Part shown: positions 8,126 through 17,423 of the stretch, in pieces
Numbering within the stretch: the first letter of the stretch is position 1
How the letters are laid out: each line of letters starts with the position of its first letter
NCBI GenBank assembly: GCA_022766905.1
Contig: JALEPU010000057.1
Span: 719-64,718, forward strand
DNA from: Lachnospiraceae bacterium
GTDB taxonomy: Bacteria; Bacillota; Clostridia; Lachnospirales; Lachnospiraceae
DNA length: 64,000 nucleotides
Direction: 5' to 3'
Program-made: the position numbers and the translations under genes
Notes under the pieces: generated by a model
What the model was told of the DNA's origin: nothing
What the model saw: the letters and a program-made list of their open reading frames with translations, nothing else
Database searches by the model: none

Positions 8126-9790
8126 TTATTTTTTCTGTACATATTTCAGACAGTCAAGAGTTACTGCAACAAGGATAATGATACCTTCAAATACGAACTG
8201 TAAGTTTGTATCAATACCAAGAATAGTAAGAGAGTATGTAAGTGCTGTAAAGATCAGAACACCAACTACAACACCGGAAATTTTACCGATACCACCGGTA
8301 AAGGATACACCACCTACTACGCAGGCTGCGATTGCGTCCATCTCCCATCCCTGTCCATATGCTGCAGATCCGGAACCTACCATTCTGGCACATTCCAGCC
8401 ATGCACCAAATCCATACAGGATACCTGCAAGAACGAATGCTCCGACTGTTACTGCAAATACGGAAATACCTGAAACAGCAGCTGCTTCCGGATTTCCACC
8501 AACTGCATACAGATTTTTACCAAATGTTGTCTTATTCCAGATGAACCATACAATTACAATGGCTGCTACTGCCCAGAGAATAATGGTTGGGAAACCATTG
8601 ATCTTAGGAATAATCATACCTGGGATTGCAGGGTCAATAGCACCGAAGGATACACCTTTTGTTGCATAGGTAACAAGACCGAAAATAATCAGCATGTTGG
8701 CCATGGTCGAAATAAATGGATGCATCTTAAATTTAGCGGTAAAGAAACCTGCAATTGTGGTAAAGAACGTACACATAACAACACAGACAACTAATGCAAG
8801 GATTACTCTTCCGCCCAGAGGCATATTGGAAAAGTCAAAAATATGTCCGAATACACCTCCGGTATTAGGACCCTGATGCATAATAATGGTTGCTGCTGTC
8901 ATGCCCATACCAATCATACGTCCAATGGAAAGGTCGGTACCTGTTAACAGGATCAGGCCGGCAACACCGAGTGCAAGATACATTCTAGGAGATGCTTGCT
9001 GAAGAATGTTCAGTACGTTGTTGTAAGTAAGCAACGGAGATCCTTTTACAATTGGAGTGATAATACACAGCATAATAAAAATTAATAAAATGGCGATATA
9101 CAAACCATTCTGTAAAAGGAAAGATCTTCTGTTAAATGTATATTTATAGTTTTCCCATTTCTGAGCCATGTTTTCTGCAAAAGTAAACCTGGACATACGA
9201 AGCATATCAATCAGATGGTATTCCCATGTGAAAGCATCGTGCTTTCTGTCTTTGATATCCTGATAGTCTTTTTCCAGCTCAATTTTTGCATCAAACAATC
9301 TGTTCTTATGAACATAGTTCTCATCTTTAATTTCCTGATGATCGGAAAGTTTTGCAACTGCTTCTTTATGCTGTTTTTCCAGCTCTGCAACTTTTTGATC
9401 ATATTTTTGTTTAGCAGCAATTTTCTGCTGTTCACAGCTAGCTTTGATTGGCTGATAATAATCTTTATCAAAATGCTCTTTCAGGTAAGCTTCCGCCTCT
9501 GAAATCAATTTTGAAATCTCATCTTTATTCTGGGCTTCTACAGCCTTTGCAGCTTCCAGTTCTTTTCCAAGCTGTGCAACTCTGTTGTCTTTTTCCTCTT
9601 TATTCAGAGTACGGTCTCTTTTAATATTATCAATTGTATTTTGAAGAGCAACAACTTTATCGGTACCATCTACTCGTAAGCTGTCAATCTTCTCCTGAAT
9701 TTTACCAACGTGATCCTTGATTGGCTTGCGAAGCTCAAGTTCCTGCTCAGCCGTAAGGATCTTACTATTTTCATTAGCCATATCCATCAA
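8126..9790 (-). CDS. Sugar ABC transporter permease (MglC/BPD_transp_2 family) with a roughly 220-aa N-terminal coiled-coil extension
   Basis: The C-terminal roughly 330 aa form a typical 10-TM MglC-like core (LTGTDLSIGR motif). Residues 1 to about 222 are charged and heptad-like (KELEAAKAVEAQNKDEISKLISEAE...). The true start could be one of the Met residues at positions 1-4. Confidence 0.85.
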   Translation of the reverse strand: MMDMANENSKILTAEQELELRKPIKDHVGKIQEKIDSLRVDGTDKVVALQNTIDNIKRDRTLNKEEKDNRVAQLGKELEAAKAVEAQNKDEISKLISEAEAYLKEHFDKDYYQPIKASCEQQKIAAKQKYDQKVAELEKQHKEAVAKLSDHQEIKDENYVHKNRLFDAKIELEKDYQDIKDRKHDAFTWEYHLIDMLRMSRFTFAENMAQKWENYKYTFNRRSFLLQNGLYIAILLIFIMLCIITPIVKGSPLLTYNNVLNILQQASPRMYLALGVAGLILLTGTDLSIGRMIGMGMTAATIIMHQGPNTGGVFGHIFDFSNMPLGGRVILALVVCVVMCTFFTTIAGFFTAKFKMHPFISTMANMLIIFGLVTYATKGVSFGAIDPAIPGMIIPKINGFPTIILWAVAAIVIVWFIWNKTTFGKNLYAVGGNPEAAAVSGISVFAVTVGAFVLAGILYGFGAWLECARMVGSGSAAYGQGWEMDAIAACVVGGVSFTGGIGKISGVVVGVLIFTALTYSLTILGIDTNLQFVFEGIIILVAVTLDCLKYVQKK

Positions 9791-9799
9791 TCTCCCTCA

Positions 9800-11308
9800 T
9801 TATAGGTATTTTGCGCTAAGTCTTAAAAGCTCTTCCTGATCGGTTTCTTTGGTATTTACAATACCGGAAAGGTGGCCGTTCGACATAACACCGATACGGT
9901 TCGTAATTCCAAGAATCTCCGGCATTTCGGAAGAAACAACAATAACTGTTTTTCCTTCTTTTGCCATCTGAATGATCAATTCATATATTTCGTATTTTGC
10001 ACCAACGTCGATTCCTCTAGTAGGCTCGTCCATCATAAAGATCTGTGGATCACGTTCCAGCCATTTTCCAAAAATGACTTTCTGCTGGTTACCACCGGAA
10101 AGACTGGAAATCATATCATCCGGTCCCATACACTTGGTATGCATGATCTTAATCTCTTTTGCAGTTGACTTTACCATTTTCTGATCGGAAAGGGCAATCC
10201 CTGACTTATATTGAGGAAGATTGGCAATCGTTGTATTAAACGTAAGATCTCCTTTTAAGAAAAGTCCGTTAGCCTTTCGTTCCTCTGTAATCATGGCAAA
10301 TCCATGGTCCATGGCCTCTTTGGCGCTGTTAAAATTCATCAGTTTATCTCTGAAATAAACACGTCCTGCAGCTCTCGTCCGGACGCCAAAAATTGTTTCA
10401 AGTAATTCGGTACGGCCTGCACCAACCAGTCCATACAATCCAAAAATTTCTCCTTCCCGTACATCAAATGTAACGTCCTGGAGATAAGGTTCAAACTTCG
10501 TAGACAGATGCTGGATAGAAAGAACTACATCCCCTGGTGTATTATCAACCGGTGGGAATCTGTTCTCCAAAGAACGTCCAACCATGGCTGCGATCAGTTC
10601 GTTCATATTTGTATCCTGCGAACTCTTGGTCATAACCAGATTACCATCACGAAGTACGGATATTTCGTCACAAATTTCAAAAATCTCGTCCATCTTATGA
10701 GAAATATAGATCAGGGCAATTCCCTGTTCCTTTAACATTCTCATCATCTCAAAAAGTTTGTCAACTTCCTGTACTGTCAGAGAAGAAGTCGGCTCATCCA
10801 AAACAATTACTTTTGCATTATAGGAAATCGCTTTGGCAATTTCACACATCTGTCTCTGTGATACAGACATGTTCCGCATTGGCTGTGTCAGGTTCACTGT
10901 CATGCCTAATTTTCGGAACAGCTCGGCAGCTTCTTTTTTCATTCTGCCTTCATCCACTACCCCCATGGAATTGACAGGATAACGGCCGAGGAACAGATTG
11001 TCGATTACATTTCTTTCCAGGCATTGGTTCAGTTCCTGATGAACCATCGCAATACCGTTTTCCAGGGCATCCTTCGGTCCGGAAAAACTGACTTCTTTCC
11101 CGTCCAGAAAAATTGTTCCCTCATCCTTTTGATATGTACCGAAAAGGCACTTCATCATTGTTGACTTACCGGCGCCGTTTTCACCCATAAGTCCCATAAC
11201 AGTTCCCCGCTTTACATCCAGATTGATGTGGTCTAATACCCGGTTTCTGCCAAAGGACTTACTCATGCCGCGTATCGATAAGATAATGTCATCTTTCTTA
11301 TCTGCCAT
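9800..11308 (-). CDS. mglA: Sugar ABC transporter ATP-binding protein with duplicated ABC domains (MglA-like)
   Basis: 502 aa. First ABC domain has Walker A GENGAGKST, signature VSQRQ and Walker B VIVLDEPT. The second degenerate domain has LSGGNQQK and FMMDEPT. Confidence 0.9.
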   Translation of the reverse strand: MADKKDDIILSIRGMSKSFGRNRVLDHINLDVKRGTVMGLMGENGAGKSTMMKCLFGTYQKDEGTIFLDGKEVSFSGPKDALENGIAMVHQELNQCLERNVIDNLFLGRYPVNSMGVVDEGRMKKEAAELFRKLGMTVNLTQPMRNMSVSQRQMCEIAKAISYNAKVIVLDEPTSSLTVQEVDKLFEMMRMLKEQGIALIYISHKMDEIFEICDEISVLRDGNLVMTKSSQDTNMNELIAAMVGRSLENRFPPVDNTPGDVVLSIQHLSTKFEPYLQDVTFDVREGEIFGLYGLVGAGRTELLETIFGVRTRAAGRVYFRDKLMNFNSAKEAMDHGFAMITEERKANGLFLKGDLTFNTTIANLPQYKSGIALSDQKMVKSTAKEIKIMHTKCMGPDDMISSLSGGNQQKVIFGKWLERDPQIFMMDEPTRGIDVGAKYEIYELIIQMAKEGKTVIVVSSEMPEILGITNRIGVMSNGHLSGIVNTKETDQEELLRLSAKYL

Positions 11309-11467
11309 TCTTTTTACTCCTGTATACGCATATTCATATTTCTAAATCCAAATTATCCTAGTTCCCTGAATAGATGATTAGGGAGAAAACCTTCTCCCTA
11401 ATCATTTGCTTTATGTTGTTTCGTCCGGCATCTTCATTCGATGTCTTTTGAAAAACTGTTTTTCCAA

Positions 11468-12757
11468 TTACTGGCTAAGAATAGATGTGTAAGAAGCAGC
11501 GTTGTCTGTCTTAACCATGTTGATTGCGAATGCATCGTACTGGCTTGGGTTTCCAAGTCTGTTTGTGATATTGGACTCTGTCTGTCCGTCACCACCGATG
11601 TATTCAACATCCAGATTCAGAACATCATCATAGTTCTGAAGAAGTGGCTGATAGGTAGCGCTTAAGAAGTTATCTGCTGCGTTGTAGATGTCAAGCCATA
11701 CTTTCTTTGTTGGATGAGCACTTTCATCTAACTGGTTGGATACAGGATCATAAATCTTAGTAGCGTCTGTGAAATCCTGATAGTTATCAGCTGTTACAGC
11801 AACGTTTAATGCATAGTAAGAACGTTGGTCTGCATTGTATACATATACATCATCGGAAAGAACATTACCAGCATCATCAGCTGTACCGATACCTGTGTCA
11901 ATGTCTACACCATCCAGAGCGTTACGAAGAACACGAAGTGTCAGATAAGCCTGAACGTCTGCATGCTGGCTGATTGTTCCGCCGTAGCCTTCTGCGATTG
12001 CTGCTACTGCATCACTGTTAGCATCGTAACCAAATGTTGGAACTTTGTTGTCTTTGGACCATTTGTTGAACATGGACATACCCATACCATCGTTGTTGGA
12101 AGCTACGATATCAATCTGATCACCGAAGGAAGCTTCCCATGTGCTGATTGCGTTACCAGCTGTAGCTGCATCCCATGTAGCACCTGCGGAGTTCTTCATT
12201 TCCTGAGAAGCAAGCTCACGAACTGTATAAGTCTTTCCACCGATTTCCAGTGTTCCGTCTTTTACTGCTGTAGCAGAACCATCTGTGTTGGTTCCAGCAG
12301 GAGTACTGTCGATGTCGCCATCTTTTTCAACTGCTGTATCAAGGGCTTTACGAACACCTCTTGTACGAGCGATAGAATCGTTATGTCCGATATCACCGAT
12401 TGCTAATACGTAACCGATTACTCCATCACCGTTACGGTCGATTGTATCGATATTAGCTTCGATGTAATCTTTGATCATAGTACCCTGAAGTTCTGCACCC
12501 TGATTTGCATCAAATCCAACATAGTATGTATCTTTGTTGAAGTTTAATGCTGTCATATCCAACTCACCTGTAGAGCTGTTGGAAGGCTGACGGTTATACC
12601 ATACTAAAGGTTTGTCTTTGTTTGCAACTTCTGCTGAACTGCCGCCTTCTGCTGCTGCGTCTGTTCCGCCTTCGGAAGAGCTTCCTGAGCCTCCGCAAGC
12701 TGCTAATGAAAGTGCAAGTAAAGCAACTAACATTAATGAAACTACTTTTTTCTTCAT
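11468..12757 (-). CDS. Sugar ABC transporter substrate-binding lipoprotein (MglB-like, enlarged)
   Basis: Start set to the ATG at 12757 (MKKKVVSLMLVALLALSLAACGG lipobox, GGAGG RBS upstream). A Gly/Ser/Ala/Glu-rich linker is followed by a Peripla_BP-like domain of about 380 aa. Confidence 0.8.
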   Translation of the reverse strand: MKKKVVSLMLVALLALSLAACGGSGSSSEGGTDAAAEGGSSAEVANKDKPLVWYNRQPSNSSTGELDMTALNFNKDTYYVGFDANQGAELQGTMIKDYIEANIDTIDRNGDGVIGYVLAIGDIGHNDSIARTRGVRKALDTAVEKDGDIDSTPAGTNTDGSATAVKDGTLEIGGKTYTVRELASQEMKNSAGATWDAATAGNAISTWEASFGDQIDIVASNNDGMGMSMFNKWSKDNKVPTFGYDANSDAVAAIAEGYGGTISQHADVQAYLTLRVLRNALDGVDIDTGIGTADDAGNVLSDDVYVYNADQRSYYALNVAVTADNYQDFTDATKIYDPVSNQLDESAHPTKKVWLDIYNAADNFLSATYQPLLQNYDDVLNLDVEYIGGDGQTESNITNRLGNPSQYDAFAINMVKTDNAASYTSILSQ

Positions 12758-12930
12758 ATTACTCTTTTTCCTCCTTCTTTCGGCACAAGGTTTCGTGCCC
12801 TTTGTTGATATGTCCATTTTAACTGATAGAAGGAGCAAAACATATAGAATATTTTTCTCTTTTCATTAAAATTTTTTGGTTTCCTTTGTATATTTTCTAT
12901 AATATATTCTGTCTTTTTCTCACTTTAACG

Positions 12931-12978
12931 TAAAAAAACGACGAAAAACAGGAAATCAATTCCAGTTTCGTCGTTTTT
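12931..12978 (-). terminator. Rho-independent (bidirectional-looking) terminator after dusB
   Basis: Perfect 12-bp stem AAAACGACGAAA (12935-12946) / TTTCGTCGTTTT (12966-12977). A U-run follows on both strands, with 7 U on the minus strand. Confidence 0.65.
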
Positions 12979-13117
12979 GGGAGTGCAAAGCACGTAAAAA
13001 TCGACGGAAAGCTCATTTGTCGGCCAACTCTTAGTATGAAGGGGTTGTTTCAAAGCAGACAGTGGATAAACATGTCAGATGATGCTTTTTCATAAATTCC
13101 GAAAAATTTGCATTATA

Positions 13118-14125
13118 TTATGGTCTGTATTTTGGACTTGATTGATCATCTTTATTTTGCAACACCCCTTCATACTCTTCTAAAAGTCTGTAGAGGTCCG
13201 TTAATGACTCCATCTCATTGACTTTTCCTCTTAAGCGGGCAGAGCCGGGATAACCCTGGGTATACCAGGCAAGGTGTTTTCTCATTTCCCGGATTCCTGT
13301 ATATTCTCCTTTGAATTCTACCATCATTTCTCCATGACGGCGGATCATAGAAAGAACTTCTCCGATTTTCGGTCTTTCCGGAATCACCCCTGTTTTCTCA
13401 TAAGTGAGAATCTCTCTGAAAATCCATGGATTTCCTTTTGCTCCTCTGGCAATCATGAATCCGTCACACCCTGTCTGCTCTTTCATAGCCTGATAGGATG
13501 CTGCTCCGGTAATATCTCCGCTTCCAATGACCGGAATCGATAATTTTTCCTTCACCCGCCGGATAATATCCCAGTCTGCTTTTCCACTGTAATACTCCTG
13601 CCTGGTTCTTCCATGAACTGCTACAGCCGCCGCCCCGCTTTCCTGAGCAATATGGGCAATCTCTACCGCATTGACTGAGGTCTCATCGAATCCTTTCCGG
13701 ATTTTTACCGTCACCGGAAGTTTCACTGCCTTTACCATGGTTTCTATGATTTGTCCTGCCAGTTTCGGTTCTTTCATAAGGGCAGAGCCTTCCCGGTTAT
13801 TGACGATCTTTGGAACCGGACATCCCATATTAATGTCAATCATCTGATAGCCTTTGTCTTCCAGGGTTTTGGCCATATCTGCCATAAGTTCCGGTTCTGA
13901 ACCAAACAGCTGGACCGCAATGGGCTGCTCTTTTTCGTCTGTAGCAAGAAGGGGCAGCGTATTTTTATTTTTGTAATAAAGCGCTTTTGCGCTGATCATC
14001 TCCGTATATACAAGCCCACATCCCATTTCCTTACATAACAGACGAAATGGCAGGTCTGTTACACCTGCCATTGGGCCCAGCACCAGAGGATTCTCCATTG
14101 TCACATTTCCAATCCTGAATGCCAT
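13118..14125 (-). CDS. dusB: tRNA-dihydrouridine synthase B
   Basis: 335 aa. Dus family motifs are present (LGPMAGVTD, DINMGCP, HGRTR). Confidence 0.9.
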   Translation of the reverse strand: MAFRIGNVTMENPLVLGPMAGVTDLPFRLLCKEMGCGLVYTEMISAKALYYKNKNTLPLLATDEKEQPIAVQLFGSEPELMADMAKTLEDKGYQMIDINMGCPVPKIVNNREGSALMKEPKLAGQIIETMVKAVKLPVTVKIRKGFDETSVNAVEIAHIAQESGAAAVAVHGRTRQEYYSGKADWDIIRRVKEKLSIPVIGSGDITGAASYQAMKEQTGCDGFMIARGAKGNPWIFREILTYEKTGVIPERPKIGEVLSMIRRHGEMMVEFKGEYTGIREMRKHLAWYTQGYPGSARLRGKVNEMESLTDLYRLLEEYEGVLQNKDDQSSPKYRP

Positions 14126-14142
14126 ATCATTACCTCCGAAAG

Positions 14143-14934
14143 CTACGCTCTTTCTTTTTGTTTCTCAAATAAGATCTGCAGTCCTTTTAACGTCAGCATA
14201 GGATCATAATAATCGATCACAGGAGTCTCATCTGCAATAATTTTTCCAAGACCTCCTGTTGCCACGACTTTCACCTGGTCAAATCCGCTTTCTTCTTTCA
14301 TCTTGCGGACAATGTATTCTGTCTGACCGATATAGCCGTAAATCAGGCCTGCCTGCATACTGGTAATCGTCTCTCTTCCCAGAACGGTTCCCGGTTTTTT
14401 AATCTCAATCTCCGGGAGCTTTGCCGTCCCCTGCCAGAGAGCATTGGCTGCTGTACGGATCCCAGGTGAAATCGCTCCAGCCATAAAGGTTCCGTCTCCG
14501 GAAATCAAATCAAAGGTAGTCGCTGTACCATAATCAATGGCGATGACAGGGCCTCCGTAGATTTCATAACTTGCTACCGCATCTACAATTCTGTCTGCTC
14601 CCAGTTCCTTCGGATTGATCGTGGCAATCTTAAGTCCGGTCCGGATACCAGGTCCGACAACAATCGGTTTAATCCGAAAATATTTTCGGAATGAATTGAT
14701 TAATGAATACATCACATTTGGGTTTACAGACGCAATAATAACAGCTTCTATTTCTTCTGTTTCATATCCCTTTATCTGTAATAACTGAGAAATCACAATT
14801 CCATACTCATCTGATGTTCTGGAATTTTTGGTCGTCAATCGAAAACTTTTTAATAATTTTCTTCCTTTAAAGACTCCAAGGGTAATATTGGTATTCCCAA
14901 CGTCCAATACAAGCAATTTATCTTTTTTCATCAT
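14143..14934 (-). CDS. coaX: Type III pantothenate kinase
   Basis: [10 protein letters not shown] ... [12 protein letters not shown] ... GADR motifs of the CoaX/ASKHA fold. 263 aa. Confidence 0.9.
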   Translation of the reverse strand: MMKKDKLLVLDVGNTNITLGVFKGRKLLKSFRLTTKNSRTSDEYGIVISQLLQIKGYETEEIEAVIIASVNPNVMYSLINSFRKYFRIKPIVVGPGIRTGLKIATINPKELGADRIVDAVASYEIYGGPVIAIDYGTATTFDLISGDGTFMAGAISPGIRTAANALWQGTAKLPEIEIKKPGTVLGRETITSMQAGLIYGYIGQTEYIVRKMKEESGFDQVKVVATGGLGKIIADETPVIDYYDPMLTLKGLQILFEKQKERA

Positions 14935-14945
14935 TCTTCTTTCCT

Positions 14946-15266
14946 TTATTGCAGAAAAAACACCTTGTAGTAGGTCTCCAACGCTTCCAGCAGTTCCTTC
15001 TTTTCTTCTCTGATTTGTTTTATCTTTAATGCGCTGCCGATTTCATCAAACAGCAGATCTCCCTCTTTGGCCTGCACCATAAACTGAAGACTTCCATCCT
15101 CTTCGTATTCCAGAGAAAGGATTCCTCCTACTTCCTCTGTATAAAGGACGCACATGATTTTCAGTTCATCTTTTACCTGCTGAGGTAAAGATTGAAAATC
15201 ATCATTTAGATAATACTTCTTTTCATAAGAGTTAGATACGCACAATACTATTTTTTCTTCAAACAT
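14946..15266 (-). CDS. Small conserved hypothetical protein (106 aa, acidic, cytoplasmic)
   Basis: Clean ORF packed tightly between birA and coaX. I do not recognise a family. Confidence 0.5.
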   Translation of the reverse strand: MFEEKIVLCVSNSYEKKYYLNDDFQSLPQQVKDELKIMCVLYTEEVGGILSLEYEEDGSLQFMVQAKEGDLLFDEIGSALKIKQIREEKKELLEALETYYKVFFLQ

Positions 15267-15299
15267 TGTGTCCTTCCTTCTTCATCCACCGTCATCTGT

Positions 15300-16280
15300 C
15301 TATACATACCCGTACAGGCCTCTTACCGAAACCTCTCCGGAGATGACTTCTTCCTTCCGGCCTTCTTCATCTGTGACGATCAGAGCTCCCTTTTCATCAA
15401 TGCCCTGGGAAGTGCGAATCTCTTCTTTTCCCTGGCGAAGGATTTTGACCTGTCGTCCTATATTAATAAGCCGGTTATTATATTTTTCCATCAAAGGCAA
15501 CAGGCTGGACTGTCTCATAAACATCTCATAGTTGGTTTCAAAATGATTCAAAACCGCTGCTGCCAGATCTGCCCTGTTAATCTCCTGTCCACTTTCCAAA
15601 GACAAAGAAGTAGCCATGGCAGAGATCTCTTCCGGAAATTCCTTTGTGTTTACATTAATGCCGATTCCAATGACTACATAATGAATACATTCCATCTCAG
15701 CACTCATCTCCGTCAGAATCCCGCATATCTTTTTATCATGACAGACCAGATCATTGGGCCACTTAATCTTACAGTTTAACCCGGTTACTTCTTCCACTGC
15801 TTCTGATGCGGAAAGTGCAATGACAAGAGTCAGCATAGAAGCATGAACCGTCTCCATCTCAGGCCGCAAAAGGAAAGACATGTAAATGCTGTCTCCTTTT
15901 GGGGAACTCCAGCTTCTTCCCCGTCTTCCTTTTCCCTTTGTCTGCATATCAGCTGCCACCACAGTACCATGAGGCGCTCCTTTTGCCGCAAGCCTTTTTG
16001 CCTCTTCATTGGTCGAATCAATCTCTTCTTCATATATAAAATGACGGCCTATGATACGGGTAGAAAGATTCCGATCTACCTCTTCTTTGGTCATTCGATT
16101 AGGGCTTTTTTGCAGACGATATCCTTTTCTGGTCACTGCCTCGATCTCATAGCCTTCTTCCTTCAACTGATTGATCCATTTCCAGACTGCCGTTCTGGAA
16201 ACACCCAGACTGTCACAGATTGTCTGTCCGGAAACAAATCCGTCCCGGCTTCGAAGCAGTTTTAACAATTCTTCTTTCAT
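15300..16280 (-). CDS. birA: Bifunctional biotin--[acetyl-CoA-carboxylase] ligase / biotin operon repressor
   Basis: N-terminal winged HTH (GVSRTAVWKWINQLKEEGY) and the ligase core GKGRRGRSW motif. 326 aa. Confidence 0.9.
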   Translation of the reverse strand: MKEELLKLLRSRDGFVSGQTICDSLGVSRTAVWKWINQLKEEGYEIEAVTRKGYRLQKSPNRMTKEEVDRNLSTRIIGRHFIYEEEIDSTNEEAKRLAAKGAPHGTVVAADMQTKGKGRRGRSWSSPKGDSIYMSFLLRPEMETVHASMLTLVIALSASEAVEEVTGLNCKIKWPNDLVCHDKKICGILTEMSAEMECIHYVVIGIGINVNTKEFPEEISAMATSLSLESGQEINRADLAAAVLNHFETNYEMFMRQSSLLPLMEKYNNRLINIGRQVKILRQGKEEIRTSQGIDEKGALIVTDEEGRKEEVISGEVSVRGLYGYV

Positions 16281-16285
16281 GATTT

Positions 16286-17227
16286 CTATTCAGTTTCTCC
16301 TAAAGTGGCAACCATAACTGCTTTGATGGTATGCATTCTGTTCTCCGCTTCATCAAAGATCACATCTGCATTTGCCTCAAAAACATCTTCTGTAATTTCA
16401 TTGCCTTTTACTGCAGGAAGACAGTGAAGAACGACTGTTTTTTCTTTTCCTGTCTTGTCTAATAATTCTTTATTCACCTGATATGGTCTTAATAGAGCAA
16501 CTCTTTCAGCAGCCTTATCTTCTTCTCCCATGGAGCACCATACATCTGTATAAATACAGTCTGCACCTTTTACAGCTTCCACATCATCTGTAATCGTAAG
16601 GCTAGCACCGCTTTCCTTTGCATATTCCCGGCATAACTCTACCAGATCTTCTCTGGGCCACAGTGCTTTTGGCGCAAGAATCGTACAGTTTACACCCAGT
16701 TTTGTACATCCGATCATAAGAGAGTTGGCCATATTATTTCTTCCGTCACCGGCAAATACAAAGTTCAGCCCTTTGATTTGTCCAAACTGTTCTCTTAAAG
16801 TCAGCATATCTGCCAGAATCTGTGTTGGATGATAATCATCGGTAAGACCGTTCCATACCGGAACTCCGCTGTATTTTGCTAACTTTTCTACATTTTCCTG
16901 TAAAAATCCGCGGAATTCGATTCCATCAAACATTCTTCCCAGAACCCTTGCTGTATCTTCCACGCTTTCTTTATGTCCAAGCTGAATGTCGTCTTTTCCA
17001 AGATATTCCGGATGTCCGCCTTCATCAATACATCCGATGGTAAAAGAACATCTGGTTCTGGTAGAAGGTTTTTCAAAAATCAGAGCAATATTCTTGCCTT
17101 TTAAGCTGTTTCCTGTAATGCCTTTTTTCTTATCTGCTTTTAATTTAGCCGCAAGATCCAGTAAATATTCAATTTCTTCTGCTGTAAAATCTTTCAACGT
17201 CAAAAAGCTGCGTCCTTTTAAGTTCAT
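16286..17227 (-). CDS. argF: Ornithine carbamoyltransferase
   Basis: Has [23 protein letters not shown] and HCLPA motifs, which indicate OTCase rather than ATCase. 313 aa. Confidence 0.85.
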   Translation of the reverse strand: MNLKGRSFLTLKDFTAEEIEYLLDLAAKLKADKKKGITGNSLKGKNIALIFEKPSTRTRCSFTIGCIDEGGHPEYLGKDDIQLGHKESVEDTARVLGRMFDGIEFRGFLQENVEKLAKYSGVPVWNGLTDDYHPTQILADMLTLREQFGQIKGLNFVFAGDGRNNMANSLMIGCTKLGVNCTILAPKALWPREDLVELCREYAKESGASLTITDDVEAVKGADCIYTDVWCSMGEEDKAAERVALLRPYQVNKELLDKTGKEKTVVLHCLPAVKGNEITEDVFEANADVIFDEAENRMHTIKAVMVATLGETE

Positions 17228-17281
17228 TCTGACTTCCTCCTTACTGTCACTTTCGCTTCTTCCGAATTTCTGTTTTTGGAT

Positions 17282-17334
17282 GTGGAGAGCCTGACCGTCC
17301 GGAAAATCATCTCCTGAACCGCCAGGCTCTCCAC
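17282..17334. other. Perfect 12-bp hairpin in the argF leader / ltaS-family 3' region
   Basis: GTGGAGAGCCTG (17282-17293) pairs with CAGGCTCTCCAC (17323-17334) around a 29-nt loop. No U-run follows on either strand. Confidence 0.5.
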
Positions 17335-17347
17335 ACCCACATAGGAA

Positions 17348-17369
17348 TGTATAAAATATCTCTTATACA
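17348..17369. promoter_or_regulatory. Palindrome TGTATAA-N8-TTATACA upstream of argF, a candidate operator
   Basis: The 7-nt arms are perfectly inverted. The site lies about 120 nt upstream of the argF ATG. The half sites loosely resemble ARG-box halves, but the spacing is not classical. Confidence 0.3.
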
Positions 17370-17423
17370 CTAACAAATAAGGACTTATTCGTCAAGAAAA
17401 AGTTTTTGGCCATCGAAGCTCCT

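Noticed and set aside
8070-8669. A 199-aa plus-strand ORF rich in Pro/Thr/Ala, opposite the permease gene.
   Set aside because: - It mirrors the hydrophobic-codon bias of the membrane protein on the other strand.
- It has no start context and no recognisable motifs.
11825-12406. A 193-aa Cys-rich plus-strand ORF opposite the substrate-binding protein gene.
   Set aside because: - It is an antisense artefact of a GC-skewed, Asp/Ala/Thr-rich gene.
- The cysteine richness comes from reverse-complemented Ala/Thr codons, and no RBS is present.
17282-17334. Reading the 12-bp perfect hairpin as the rho-independent terminator of the LtaS-family gene.
   Set aside because: No U-run follows the stem on either strand. 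The minus strand continues AUCCAAAAACAG, so I did not call it a terminator and kept it as an unexplained structure.
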